DNA from: Malacoraja senta
Lineage: Eukaryota
Assembly: GCA_038087875.1 (NCBI GenBank)
Contig: JAXLNO010000087.1
Location: forward strand, 124,001 to 188,000
Reading direction: 5' to 3'
Length of the DNA: 64,000 nucleotides
Made by a program: the position numbers and the translations under genes. Under the pieces are notes generated by a model. That model did no database searches, was not told the DNA's origin, and worked only from the letters and a program-made list of their open reading frames with translations. The first letter of the stretch is position 1, and each line of letters opens with the position of its first letter. Below are positions 37,820 to 49,922 of the stretch, in pieces.

Positions 37820-38668
37820 TAAACAAAAGAAATAACTGTGGACTTCAGGAAGAAACAGACAGCACACACCCCACTCACCATAAATGGCAGTGCAGTGGAG
37901 TCTGTGAAAAGCACCAAGTTCCTGGGAGTACACATCACAGATGATCAGACATGGTCCACCAACACCATGTCCTTAGTCAAGAAAGCACAGCAACGCCTCC
38001 ACTTCCTTCGACGGATGAGGAGAGCCGACCTCCCTCCTTCTGCCCTCACAACTTTTTACAGGGGTGCCATTGAGAGCATTCCTACCAGCAGTCTCTCAGT
38101 CTGGTATGGCAGTTGCTCTGCTGCTGACCAGAAGGCCCTACAGAGAGTGGTGAGGACAGCAGAGAAGATCACTAGATCACCCCAACTAGCAATCCAGGAC
38201 TTATACCCATCTCGCTGTCGCAAGAGAGCAACCAATATCATCAAAGACACCACCAACCCAGCACACAAACTGTTCAACCTCCTACCATCCGGCAAGCGCT
38301 ACCGCAGCATGCGGAGCAAAACCACCAGATTCAAAAACAGCTTTTTCCCTCAGGCCATCAGACTACTCAACACACTCAAGAAAATTCCATGAACATTACA
38401 CAAACAAAGACCAACTGACTGTCAAATTAACTTGAACACAATGTCTGCAGTATGCTATTTGCACTTTTCTATATTGCACCTTTTATTAATGAATATTTTA
38501 TATAATGTATATGTCCATTGTCTATTTTTATTGGTATATTGTCTGTCTGTGTTATAAATATTACTTGCACATTGGAGTATGGGGAAACGCAATTTCAATC
38601 CTCTGTGTAACTACTTGTTGCATTATTTGAACTGACAATAAAGTTTACTATTACTATTACTATTACTA
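37820..38668 (+). mobile_element. Rex1/Babar-clade LINE 3' fragment
   Basis: KFLGVHI, KKAQQRLHFLRR, IES...WYG, LLPSGKRYRS, SFFPQAIRLLN; AATAAA and (TTACTA)n tail. Confidence 0.9.
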
Positions 38669-39052
38669 TGTTTTGCAACACACGAGGAATTTCATTTGCC
38701 ATATCTGTCATTCAAATAAAAAGCAACGATACACACAAAATACATTTTAACATAAACATCCACCACAGTGACTCCTCCACATTCCTCACTGTGATGGAAG
38801 GTGTAAAAATGATCAATTGTCTTCCCTTCTATGCACTCCCGTGGTCAGGGGCCTCAAGCCCTCCGTTGATGGGACGATCTTGACTCCTGTAGCCAGTGGC
38901 TTTTGGGCCCTCCGCATCGGGGCAATCAGCTCCTGCATCGGGGGATGTCAACTCCCCTGCGCTGGCGATCGGACCCCGGGTCGGGGCTGGTCGAGCCTCT
39001 GGGTCGTTGGAGCTTCTCGACTCGGCTTCTCCCGAGACTGCGAACTCTTGAT

Positions 39053-39740
39053 AGTAATAATAATAATAATAGATTTATTTTATATAGCGCTTTTCAGGAC
39101 TCAAAGTCGCTTTACAATTGAGAGTCAGGAATAAACAAAACAAAATAGAGCAGTAAGACAGAGGGGAGGGGAACATGGGACTAAGGGTATGCAGAGGTGA
39201 AGAGATGGGTCTTGAGGCGGGACTGGAAGATGGTGAGGGACTCAGAATTTCGGACCGGTTGTGGGAGGGAATTCCAGAGCCTGGGAGCTGCCCTGGAGAA
39301 GGCTCTGCCTCCAAAAGTGCAGAGGTTTGAATTCGGAGTGGAGAGGAGACCAGCTGATGTGGATCTGAGGGACCGTGAGGGTTGGTAGGGGGAGAGGAGG
39401 TCAATGAGATAAGGGGGGGGCCAGGTTGTTGAGGGCTTTGTAGGTGAGGACCAGGATTTTGTAGGTGATCCGGTGGGAAATGGGAAGCCAGTGAAGTTCT
39501 TTGAGAACTGGGGTGATGTGGTGCCAGGAGTTGGTGTGGGTAATGAGTCGGGCGGCTGCATTCTGGACCAGTTGGAGTCGTTTGATGCTGCTGGAATTGA
39601 TTCCGAAAAGAAGAGAGTTACAGTAGTCCAGTCGGGAGGAGATGAAGGCATGGATGAGTCTTTCAGCAGCGGGGGGTGTGAGAGACGATCTGATTTTTGC
39701 AATGTTGCGGAGGTGAAAAAATGATGTTTTGACAACATCC
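39053..39740 (-). mobile_element. L2-clade LINE 3' fragment with (TTA)n tail
   Basis: SFFHLRNIAKIR, HAFISSRLDYCN, QNAAARL, LHWLP. Confidence 0.9.
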
Positions 39741-40517
39741 GCAGGCCGCGGTTGGAGCGATCCCAGGCACGGGATCAGCTCCGATGTTAAGTCCACACCC
39801 CGCAGTGGGGCTCAAGTCAGTCCGAGGAGGCATCCACATAAAACAAACCGGAGAACATTTACACAAACTTATAACACACACTAAAAAAGACAAAAAAACA
39901 GACAGACTGTTGGTGCAAAGAGCTGGAGGAACTCAGCGGGTCAGGCAGCGTCTGTGGAGGGAATGGAAAGACAACGTACCTCCAGCAAGATTGTTCATGT
40001 TCTAGAAGCAGAATTAAGCCGTTCGGCCCATCAAGTCTACTCCGTCATTCAATCATGGCTGATCTATCTCTCCCTCTCAACTCCATTCTCCTGCCTTCTC
40101 CTGATAACCCCTGACACTCGCACTAATCAAGAATCTATCTATCTCTGCCTTTAAAAAAACCAATATCGGCCTCCATAGCTGTGTGTGCCAAAGGATTCCA
40201 CAGATTCTGGCCTCAGCAGATCAGGCAGATTCTGTGGAGGGATTGGACAGCTGACATACCATCAGCAAGATTGTTCATGTTCTAGCAGCAGAATTAGGCC
40301 ATTCGCCCATCAAATCTAATCCGCCATTCAATGATGGCGGGTCTATCTCCCTCTCAACCCCATTCTCCTGTCTTCTCCCTATAACCGCTGACACCCGCAC
40401 TAATCAAGAATCTGTCAATCTCCGATTGCAGCTTCTGCAGTTCCTTTTGTCTTCATTTACTTCAAATCAGTTTTTAGAGTCAAAGTCATAAAGCAGGGAA
40501 ACACCCTCACCCCACCT

Positions 40518-40785
40518 GGGGTGGTACGGTGGTGGAGTAGCTGCCTTACAAGTTCAATCCCAACAGGGTGCTGTCTATACAGAGTTTCTACTTTCTTCCA
40601 GTGACTGAGGGTTTTATCCGGCTGCTCCGATTTCCTGCCACACTCCAAAGACGTACAGGTTTGTAGGTTAATTGGCTTGGATAAAATTGTCAATTGTACC
40701 TAGTGTGTAGGATAGTTCTGGTGTACAGGGATGATCACTGGTCGGCGCGGAATCAGTGGGCCGAAGGGCCAGTTTCCGTGCTTTC
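40518..40785 (+). mobile_element. tRNA-derived V-SINE (HE1-like)
   Basis: V-core TCCGGCTGCTCCGATTTCCTGCCACACTCCAAAGACGTACAGG and LINE-like 3' end GGGCCGAAGGGCC; other fragments at ~1175-1335 and 26397-26580. Confidence 0.7.
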
Positions 40786-41220
40786 TCACCAAAGCAAACC
40801 AAACCGAACCAGATTCAGGGACAGTTTCTTCCCAGCTGTTATCAGGAAACCATCCTACCACAAGTAGAGAGGAATCCTGAACTTCTATCGACCTCATTGA
40901 TGACCCTCGGACTTTCTTTGATCAGACTTTTCAGCTGTATCTTGCACTAAATGTTGTTCACGTTATTCCTTTTATCATGTATCTGTACACTGTAAATTTC
41001 TCGATTGTAATCATGTATTGTCTTGCCGCTGACTGGTTAGCACGCAACAAAAGCTTTTCACTGGACCTCGGTACACGTGACAGTAAACTAAACTCAAACC
41101 CAAATGCAACACAAACTATCTGATCAAGATCCTGCTGCAATTTTTGACAACCATCTTCGCTATCTACAATAAGACCGATCTTAGTGCCATCTACAAACAT
41201 AATATATGTTGTATCTGCAG

Positions 41221-41333
41221 CGACATGATGGAGGTTGGGGGAGTTGGAGACCTGCGGAGGATTAAAAGTGTGATCAGTGTGGCTCGAGCGGTAATGGAGC
41301 ACAGCACTCACACGCTGCTGGTGGCAGAGTCAG
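41221..41333 (+). CDS. AGA: AGA exon 3
   Basis: 113 nt, [37 protein letters not shown], ctgcag/gtaact. Confidence 0.93.
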
Positions 41334-41460
41334 GTAACTACTCATCTCAGAGGTTTCTCTTGCCTTTGGCTAAAGTGGGAAATGCATCACTCACTTACCT
41401 ACTGTAACGTTGCTTGAGGGTTTAGTAGTTGGAGAGGACTCGGTGCCCCAGCAGCCTTTC

Positions 41461-42420
41461 ATAGAAACATAGAAAATAGGTGCAGGAGTAGGCCATTTGG
41501 CCCTTCGAGCCAGCAACACTGTTCAATATGATCACGGCTGATTATCTAAAATCAGTACCCCATTCCCGCTTTCTCCCCATATCCCTTGATTCCATTAGCT
41601 CGAAGAGCTATATCTAACTCTCTCTTGAAAACATCCATTGAATTGGTCTCAACTGCCTTCTGTGGCAGAGAATTCCACAGATTCACAACTAGCTGGTTGA
41701 AAAAGTATTTCCTCATCTCTGTCCAAAATGGCCTCCCTCTTATTCTTAAACTGTGACCCCTGGTTCTGGACTCCCCCAACATCAGGATCAATTTTCCTGC
41801 ATCTAGCCTGTCCAGTCCTTTAAGAATTTTATATGATTCTATAAGATCCCCTCTTTTCCAGTGAATTCCAGTGAATACAAGCCCAGTCGATCCATTCTTT
41901 CTTTCATCGTATGTCAGTTCTGCCATCCCGGGAATTAACCTGGTGAACCTATGCTGCACTCCCGCAATAGCAATAATGTCCCTCCTCAAATTAGGAGAAC
42001 AAAACTGCACACAATACTCCAGGTGTGATCTCACCGGGCCCTGTACTACTGCAGTAAACCTCCTTGCTCCTATACTCAAATCCTCTCGCTATGAAGGCCA
42101 ACATGCTATTTGCTTTTTACACTGCCTGCTGTACCTGCATGCTTAGTGGCTGATGTTCAAGGACACCCAGGTCTCATTGCATCTCCCCTGTTCCTAATCT
42201 GACACCATTCAGATAATGTGTAGGAAACAACTTCAGATGCTGGTTTAAAAATGCTGGTCTACCATTCACATAATAATGTGCCTTCTTGTTCTTGCTACCA
42301 AAGTGGATAACCTCACATTTTCCACATTATACTGAATCTGCCCACTCACCAAACCTATCCAAGTCACCCTGCAGCCTCCTAGCATCATCCTCGCAGCTCA
42401 CACTGCCACCCAGCTTTGTT
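41461..42420 (-). mobile_element. CR1 LINE 3' fragment in AGA intron 3
   Basis: [16 protein letters not shown]...RTRGHSLRIRG; CTATGTTT tail. Confidence 0.9.
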
Positions 42421-43419
42421 TCATTGAAACAATACCTTGGGATCTTCTATCTTATCCTGACAGCAGATGCAGCCTTGATTCTAACAGCCCCTCCAATGTT
42501 GCATCACTTTATCAACACAACCCAACTTGCCCACACTGACCAAGATGCCCCATCTAAGCTAGTCCCATTTGCCTGCATTTGGCCCATATCCCTCTATACC
42601 TTTTCTGTCCACGTATCTGTCCAAATGTCTTTTAAATTGCCTCAGAGTCAAACAGTTCCTTCGGCAAAACTCCTCCATACCGATCCAGATACCCCATCTA
42701 AGCTCTGCCCACCTGCCTGCACCTAGCCACTATCCCCTAGACCTTTCCTATCCATTTATCTGTCCAAATGTCTTTTAAATGTTCCCATAGTACCTTCCTC
42801 AACTACTCCTCTGGCAGCACGTTCCATAAACCTACCACACTCTGTGAAAACATTCCCCTCAGGTTCCTAATAAATCTTTTCCCTCTCACCATTAACCTAT
42901 ACACTCTAGTTCTTCATTCCCCTACCATGGGGGTAAAAGACTGTCATTCACTCTATCTCTTTCTCTTATGATTTTGTACACCTCTATAAGATCACTCCAC
43001 ACCCTCCTGGGCTAAAATCCGAGCCTGCTTAACCTCTTCCAATCGATCAGTCCCTCGAATCCTGGTCACATCCTCATAAATCTTCACTGCACCCTTTTAA
43101 GCTTGACAACATCTTTCCTATAACATGGTGAACAAAACTGAACACAATACTCAAACTGCGGCCTCACCAATGTCTTATTCAACTAACATGACCTCCCAAC
43201 TCTCTATGCAATACTCTGACTGATGAAGGCGCTAGTATGCAAAACAAACCTGTTCACTGAACATGATAATAGATGCTAGACAAAAGTGCTGGAGAAACTC
43301 AGCGGGTGCAGCAGCATCTATGGAGCGAAGGAAATAGGCAACGTTTCGGGCCGAAAACCCTTCTGCCGCACCCGCTGAGTTTCTCCAGCACTTTTGTCTA
43401 CCATGATAATAATAAAATA

Positions 43420-44850
43420 AATCCTGTGGATTGGAGGATAGCTAATGTTATCCCACTTTTCAAGAAAGGAGCGAGAGAGAAAATGGGGAATTACAGACCA
43501 GTTAGCCTGACTTCGGTGGTGGGAAACATGCTGGAGTCAATTATTAAAGAGGTAATAATGTGGCATTTGGATAGCAGGAAAAGGATTAGTCCATGTCAGC
43601 ATGGATTTATGAAAGGAAAATCATGCTTGACTAATTTTCTGGAATTTTTTGAGGATGTGACAAGTAAAATGGATGAAGGGGTGCCAGTGGATGTAGTGTA
43701 TCGAGACTTTCAGAAAGCCTTTGATAAGGTCCTGCACGGGAGACTGGTGACTAAAATTAGAGCACATGGTATTGGGGGTAGGGTGTTGATGTGGATAGAA
43801 AATTGGTTGGCAGACAGGAAGCAAAGAGTAGGAGTGAACGGGTCCTTTTCAGAATGGCAGGCAGTGGTGAGTGGAGTGCCGCAAGGCTCGGTGTTGGTGC
43901 CGCAAATGATTACCATATATATTAATGATTTGGAAGAGGGAATTAGGAGCAACACTAGCAAGTTTGTGGATGACACAAAGCTGGGTGGCAGTGTGAACTG
44001 TGAAGAGGATGTTAGGAGGTTGCAGGGTGATCTGGACAGGTTGAGTGAGTGGGCAGATGCGTGGCAGATGCAGTGTAATATAGATAAATGTGAGGTTATC
44101 CACTTTGGTGGCAAAAACAAGGGGTCAGATTATTATCTCTATGGGGTTAGGTTAGGTAAGGGGGAGGTACAGCGAGACCTGGGTGTCCTTGTACACCGGT
44201 CACTGAAAGTTGGCGTGCAGGTACAGCAGGCAGTGAAGAAAGCTAATGGAATGTTGGCCTTCATAACAAGAGGATTTCAGTATAGGAGTAGAGAGGTTCT
44301 TCTGCAGTTGTATAGGGCTCTGGTAAGACCACATCTGGAGTATTGCATACAGTTTTGGTCTCCTAATTTGAGAAAGGACATCCTTGTGATTGAGGCAGTG
44401 CAGCGTAGGTTCACAAGATTGATCCCTGGGATGGCGGGACTGTCATATGAGGAAAGATTGAAATGACTAGGCTTGTATTCACTGGAGTTTAGAAGGATTA
44501 GGGGGTATCTTATAGAAACATATAAAATTATAAAAGGACTGGACAAGCTAGATCCAGGAAATATGTTCCCAATGGTGTCCAGAACCAGGGGCCACAGTCT
44601 TAGAATAAAGGGGAGGCCATTTAAGACTGGTGAGAAAAAGCTTTTTCACCCAGAGAGTTGTGAATTTGCGGAATTCCCTGCCACAGTAGGCAGTGGAGGC
44701 CAAATCATTGGATGGATTTAAGAGAGAGGTCGATAGAACTCTAGGGGTTAGTGGAATCAAAGGATATGGGGAGAAGGCAGGCACGGGTTATTGATTGGGG
44801 ACGATCAGCCATAATCACAATGAATGGCGGTGATGGCTCGAAGGGCCGAA
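43420..44850 (+). mobile_element. CR1 LINE RT fragment
   Basis: NYRPVSLTS...GVPQGSVL...KFVDD...RPHLEYCIQFWSP (ORF 43273-44466). Confidence 0.95.
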
Positions 44851-45962
44851 TAGAAACATAGAAACATAGAAAGTAGGTGCGAGAGTAGACCACCAGGCCC
44901 ATCGAGCCCGCACCGCCATTCGCTCATGGCTGAACACTAAACAGACACCCTTACCCACAAACAGTAGACACAAGACACAGAACACAAGACACTACCCTCC
45001 CCTTTATATCGCTATCACCCCTCTCCACCCCAAGAACCGCGTGATCTCCTGGGGGAGGCAAAAAAACGGATAAAAACCCAGGTCCAATTCGGGAAAAAAA
45101 TCCGGGAAATTCCTCTCCGACCCCAATCCAGGCGATCGACACTTGTCCAGGAGATCACTCAGGTCTTACTATACTAACCATACCTAGGTCCATATCCCTG
45201 CCCTCTCCCCGTAGCCCCTTATCCCCTTGGCAGCTAAAAAAACATCTATTTTAGACTTAAATATATTTAATGTTTCTGCTTCCACTGCTCCCTGGGGCAG
45301 TGAATTCCATAAATTAACCACCCTCTGGGTGAAGAAGTTCTTCCTCATCTCAGTTTTAAAAGAGCCCCCTCTTATTCTACAACTATGTCCCCTAGTTCTA
45401 GTTTCCCCGATCATTGGGAACATCCTCGGTGCATCCACCCGATCAAGGCCCCTCACGATCTTATATGTTTCAATGAGATCGCCTCTCATTCTTCTAAACT
45501 CCAAAGAGTAGAGTTCCAGCCTACTTAACCTTTCCTCATATGTCAATCCCCTCATTGCAGGAATTAATCTTGTAAACCTTCGCTGCACTGCCTCCAGGGC
45601 CAGTACATCCTTTCTTAAGTATGGACCCCAGAACTGTACACAGTATTCCAAATGTGGTCTCACTAATACTGTGTACAGCTGCAGCAAGACCTCCGTGTTT
45701 TTATACTCAATCCCCCTAGCAATAAGGGCCAAAACTCCATTGGCCTTCCTGATTGCTTGCTGCACCTGCATACTAACTTTTAGTGATTCATGTACTACTA
45801 CCCCTAGATCCCTTTGCATTGCATTACAACGCAGCTCCACCTCATTTAGAAAATAACTTGCCCTATCATTTTTTTTCCCAAAGTGAATGACTTCACATTT
45901 ATTAGTATTAAATTTCATCTGCCAAGTTGTTGCCCACTCACCTAGCTTATCTATATCCTTTT
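44850..45962 (-). mobile_element. CR1 LINE of a second subfamily with a longer 3' UTR, inserted in the tail of the previous copy
   Basis: Open 260-aa C-terminal ORF 45184-45966; the host tail (GCACCTATTTTCTATG) resumes at ~45963. Confidence 0.9.
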
Positions 45963-46220
45963 GCACCTATTTTCTATGTTTCTATGTAAATCTTTCCCGT
46001 AGCAGAGCGATCAAAACTGAACACAATACTGTAAATGCGGCCTCACCAACATCTTGCACAATTGTAACTTAACATCCCAACTCCTGTACTCAATACCTCG
46101 ACTGATGAAGGCCAGTAAAGGCTAGCATGCAAAATAAAACCGTTCACTACACGTGACCTTAATTTACCTAAGCCTAAACATAAGGTCTCATTCTAAAATA
46201 AAAACTTTTTTTTTCAACAG

Positions 46221-46333
46221 CTTCAATCTTTGCTCAAAATATGGGGTTCCTCAGCGAAGATTTGACAACGAATGTGTCTTTGTCCGAGCACTTACAGTGG
46301 CTGAACCAGAAGTGCCAGCCCAACTTCAGGAAG
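46221..46333 (+). CDS. AGA: AGA exon 4
   Basis: 113 nt, ASIFAQNMGFLSEDLTTNVSLSEHLQWLNQKCQPNFRK, caacag/gtgaga. Confidence 0.93.
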
Positions 46334-46758
46334 GTGAGATAAGACACAAAATGCTGGAGTAACTCGGCGAGACAGGCAGCATCTCTGGAGATATGGAATG
46401 GGTGGAATTTCAGGTCGAGACCCTTCTTCAGACTGAGTGTCAGGAGAGAGGGAGATATAGAGATATGGAAGAGTAAGGTGTGAAAACAAGACATGTAAAT
46501 GTAAAATGAATCATTGTTGGCTGAGGGGAAGGTGATTTAATCAGCAAAATTTAATCAGGAGGACAGTAAACTAGTTGGAGGACTAGGATAGGGGAGGGAT
46601 GGAGATAGAGGGAAAGTTAGAGAAGTCAATAGAGAAGTAGGAAGGTGAGTGTCTTCCCTTGTAAGAGAAGTTCTGCTGAATGTTTTAGACACTTTCAGAG
46701 CATGAAATCCGGTGTGAAGGGAACTAACCGGTGGTGTGAAATCCCTGGCCTTTCACAG

Positions 46759-46876
46759 CATGTCTCCCCGCCTGCTGAAACCTCATGTGGACCCTACAAA
46801 CCAGTGAAGGAGCTCGGAACACAAAAACCAAGAAACACTTCAGCGCGCAGCCCATTTCTCAGCCATGACACCATCG
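46759..46876 (+). CDS. AGA: AGA exon 5 (autocleavage site HD|TIG)
   Basis: 118 nt, HVSPPAETSCGPYKP...SHDTI, tcacag/gtaaat; the Ntn-hydrolase nucleophile Thr is intact. Confidence 0.93.
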
Positions 46877-47540
46877 GTAAATGTTTCAACATAAATTATT
46901 ACGCTTAAAATAAATTTATATACTTCTTAGAATGTAAATAAAATTACGAGAGGCATAGATAGGGGTGACGGTCAGAATCTTTTCCCCAGGATGCAAACAT
47001 CAAATACTAGAGGGCATAGCTCTAAGATGAGAGGGGGAAAGCTTAAGGGAGTTGTGTGGAGCAAGTTTTTTATACTGAGAGTGGTTGGGGCTTGGAATGT
47101 GCAGCCGGGTTGGAGCTGGAGACAGATACCTGTAAGTTAGTGGCATTTAAAAGACTTTGGAAAGGCACATGGATACGCAGGGAATGGAGGGGTGTGGTAT
47201 ATGAGCAGGCAGATAAGTAATGGTTTTGGCATCATAGCCGTCATGGACATTGTGGGCTGAAGGGCCTGTTTTTGTGCTGTACTCTTCTATGTTCTAAAAC
47301 CCTTATTTCTGTATGCATTGGTATAGTTTAGATTTATTATTGTCACATATACTGGTACAGTGAAATGCTTTGTTTTGCAAGCAATCGAAATAGATCAGAT
47401 AATATATACATATGCAATCAAGTCATACTCAAGTACAATAGGAAGAGCAAAGGGGTAGATACAAAGTGCAGAATATAGTTCTATGAACATAGGCCATGTC
47501 CGCAATGGGGTAGAGGTGAATCGAAGAGTACCCTAGCTTA

Positions 47541-48680
47541 GTACCTGGAGTATTGTGTGCAGTTTTGGTCCCCTAATTTGAGGAAGGACATTCTTGCTAC
47601 TGAGGGATTGCAGCGTAGGTTTACAAGGTTAATTCCCGGGATGGCGGGACTGTCATATGCTGAGAGAATAGAGCGGTTGGGCTTGTACACTCTGGAGTTT
47701 AGAAGGATGAGAGGAAATCTTATTGAAACATATAAGATTGTTAAGAGTTTGGACACGCTGGAGGCAGGAAACATGTTCCCAATGTTGGGAAAGTCCAGAA
47801 CCAGGGGCCACAGTTTAAGAATAAGGGGTAAGCCATTTAGAACGGAGACGAGGAAACACTATTTCTCACAGAGAGTTGTGAGTGTGTGGAATTTTCTGCC
47901 TCAGAGGGCGGTGAAGGCGGGTTCTCTGGATGCTTTCAAGAGAGAGCTGGATAGGGCTCTTAAAGATAGCGGAGTCATGGGGATATGGGGAGAAGGCAGG
48001 AACGGGGTAGTGATTGGGGATGATCAGCCATGATCACATTGAATGGCGGTGCTGGATCGAAGGGCCGAATGGCCTACTCCTGCACCTATTGTCTATTATA
48101 GAAGGACTGTTCAGATGTCTGAATACAGAGGGGAAGAAGCTGTTCCGGAATCATCATGGTGCACACTTTCAAGCTTCTGTACCTTCTGCGAGATGGGAGC
48201 GGGGAGAGGAAGGAATGACCTGGTGGGACGAGTCTATGATTATGTTCACTGCTTTTCTGCAGCAGTGTGGTGTAGACAGAGTAGATATTGATCTATAGAA
48301 ACATATAAAATTATAAAAGGTCTGGACAAGCTAGATGCAGGAAAAATGTTCCCAATGTTAGGCGAGTCCAGAACCAGGGGCCACAGTCTTAGAATAAAGG
48401 GGAGGTCATTTAAGACTGAGGTGAGTAAAAACCTTTTCACCCAGAGAGTTGTGAATTTATGGAATTCCCTGCCAGAGGGCAGTGGAGGCCAAATCACTGG
48501 ATGGATTTAAGAGAGAGTTAGATAGAGCTCTAGGGGCGAGTGGAGTCAAGGGATATGGGGAGAAGGCAGGCACGGGTTATTGATAGGGGATGATCAGACA
48601 TGATCACAATGAATGGCGGTGATGGCTCGAAGGGCCGAATGGCCTCCTCCTGCACCTATTTTCTATGTTTCTATGTTCCT
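47541..48680 (+). mobile_element. Two CR1 3' fragments in tandem
   Basis: [10 protein letters not shown]... (47541-48095) and IETYKIIKGLDKLDAG... (48292-48680), each with a tail. Confidence 0.88.
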
Positions 48681-49922
48681 ATGATGGGTCAGATCTGTGT
48701 GATGGACTAGGCTACATTCACGACTCACCATCATCAAAATCCCGACAATAGGCAGATAATAGGTTTATTATTCGTATGAGTAACAAGATACTGTGAAAAA
48801 CGTGTTGGCATGCTGTCCAGTCAAATCAGATAACATGATCCATGACAGAAGATAGAACAGTACTGCACAGGAACAGGCCCTTCGGCCCACAATGTCTGTG
48901 CCTAGCTTTTCACTGTATCTAGGTACACGTGACAATAAACTAAACTGAAATTGAAACTCTTATCTGCCTACACTTAACCAATGTCCCCCCCATCTCCTGC
49001 ATATACATATGCCTATCCAGAAGTCTCTTCAATGTCACTATCATATCAGCCTCCACCACCACATACCAGGCACTCACCACTGCCAAAGTTTGTCTCTAAA
49101 AAGCAGACAGCAACAAAATTGTTAAAGGTAAACCAAGCCAATCTTTAATCGATTCGTCAGAGGGGAGTGGCGAGATCTACAAAGAGCACACACGTTGCTC
49201 AGTGCCTCTCGGGCTCCACTCAAAGAACAAAGGAAAGTTAGTGTAATTATACATTTTCTTATCAATAAAACACACCTTCAAAATCTGAGTGAAAGATCCG
49301 TAGCCTACGGGAAACAAGGGAGGCTGGACCCATATATTTTATCTGCCTACACGTAATCCATGCCCCCCCCCCACCATCTCCTGCATATACATGTGCCTAT
49401 CTAGAACTCTCTTAAATGTCACTATCATATCTGCCTCCATCACCACATACCAGGCACTCACCACCTTCTGTGGAAAAAAAGGTGCCCTGCATTTCAAGTT
49501 TAAACTTGGTCCCTCCCACTTGAAAGCTATGATCTCTGTTATTTGATACATCAATCCTGGAAAAAATATTCAGACTGCACCCTATCTATGCCGCTCATGA
49601 TTTTATGTACGTCTATCATGTCTCTTCACAACCTCCGGCATTCCAGAAAAAACAATCCAAATCTGTCCAACCTCTCCTTGTAGCTAATACCCCATAATCT
49701 AGGCATCATTCAGCGACTCCGTACTCTTGCTAAGGCTCCCTGTAATCGGGCGATCAGAACTGCAAGCAATACTCCATATGCGGCCTAACCAAAGTCCTAT
49801 AAAGCTGCATCATGATTTACCGACTCTTCTACTCGATGCCACGACCTATGAAAGCAAGCACACCATATCCTTTCTTTACCACTCCATCTTGGCCTCCAAT
49901 TACTGCAGGCACTTTTATATCG

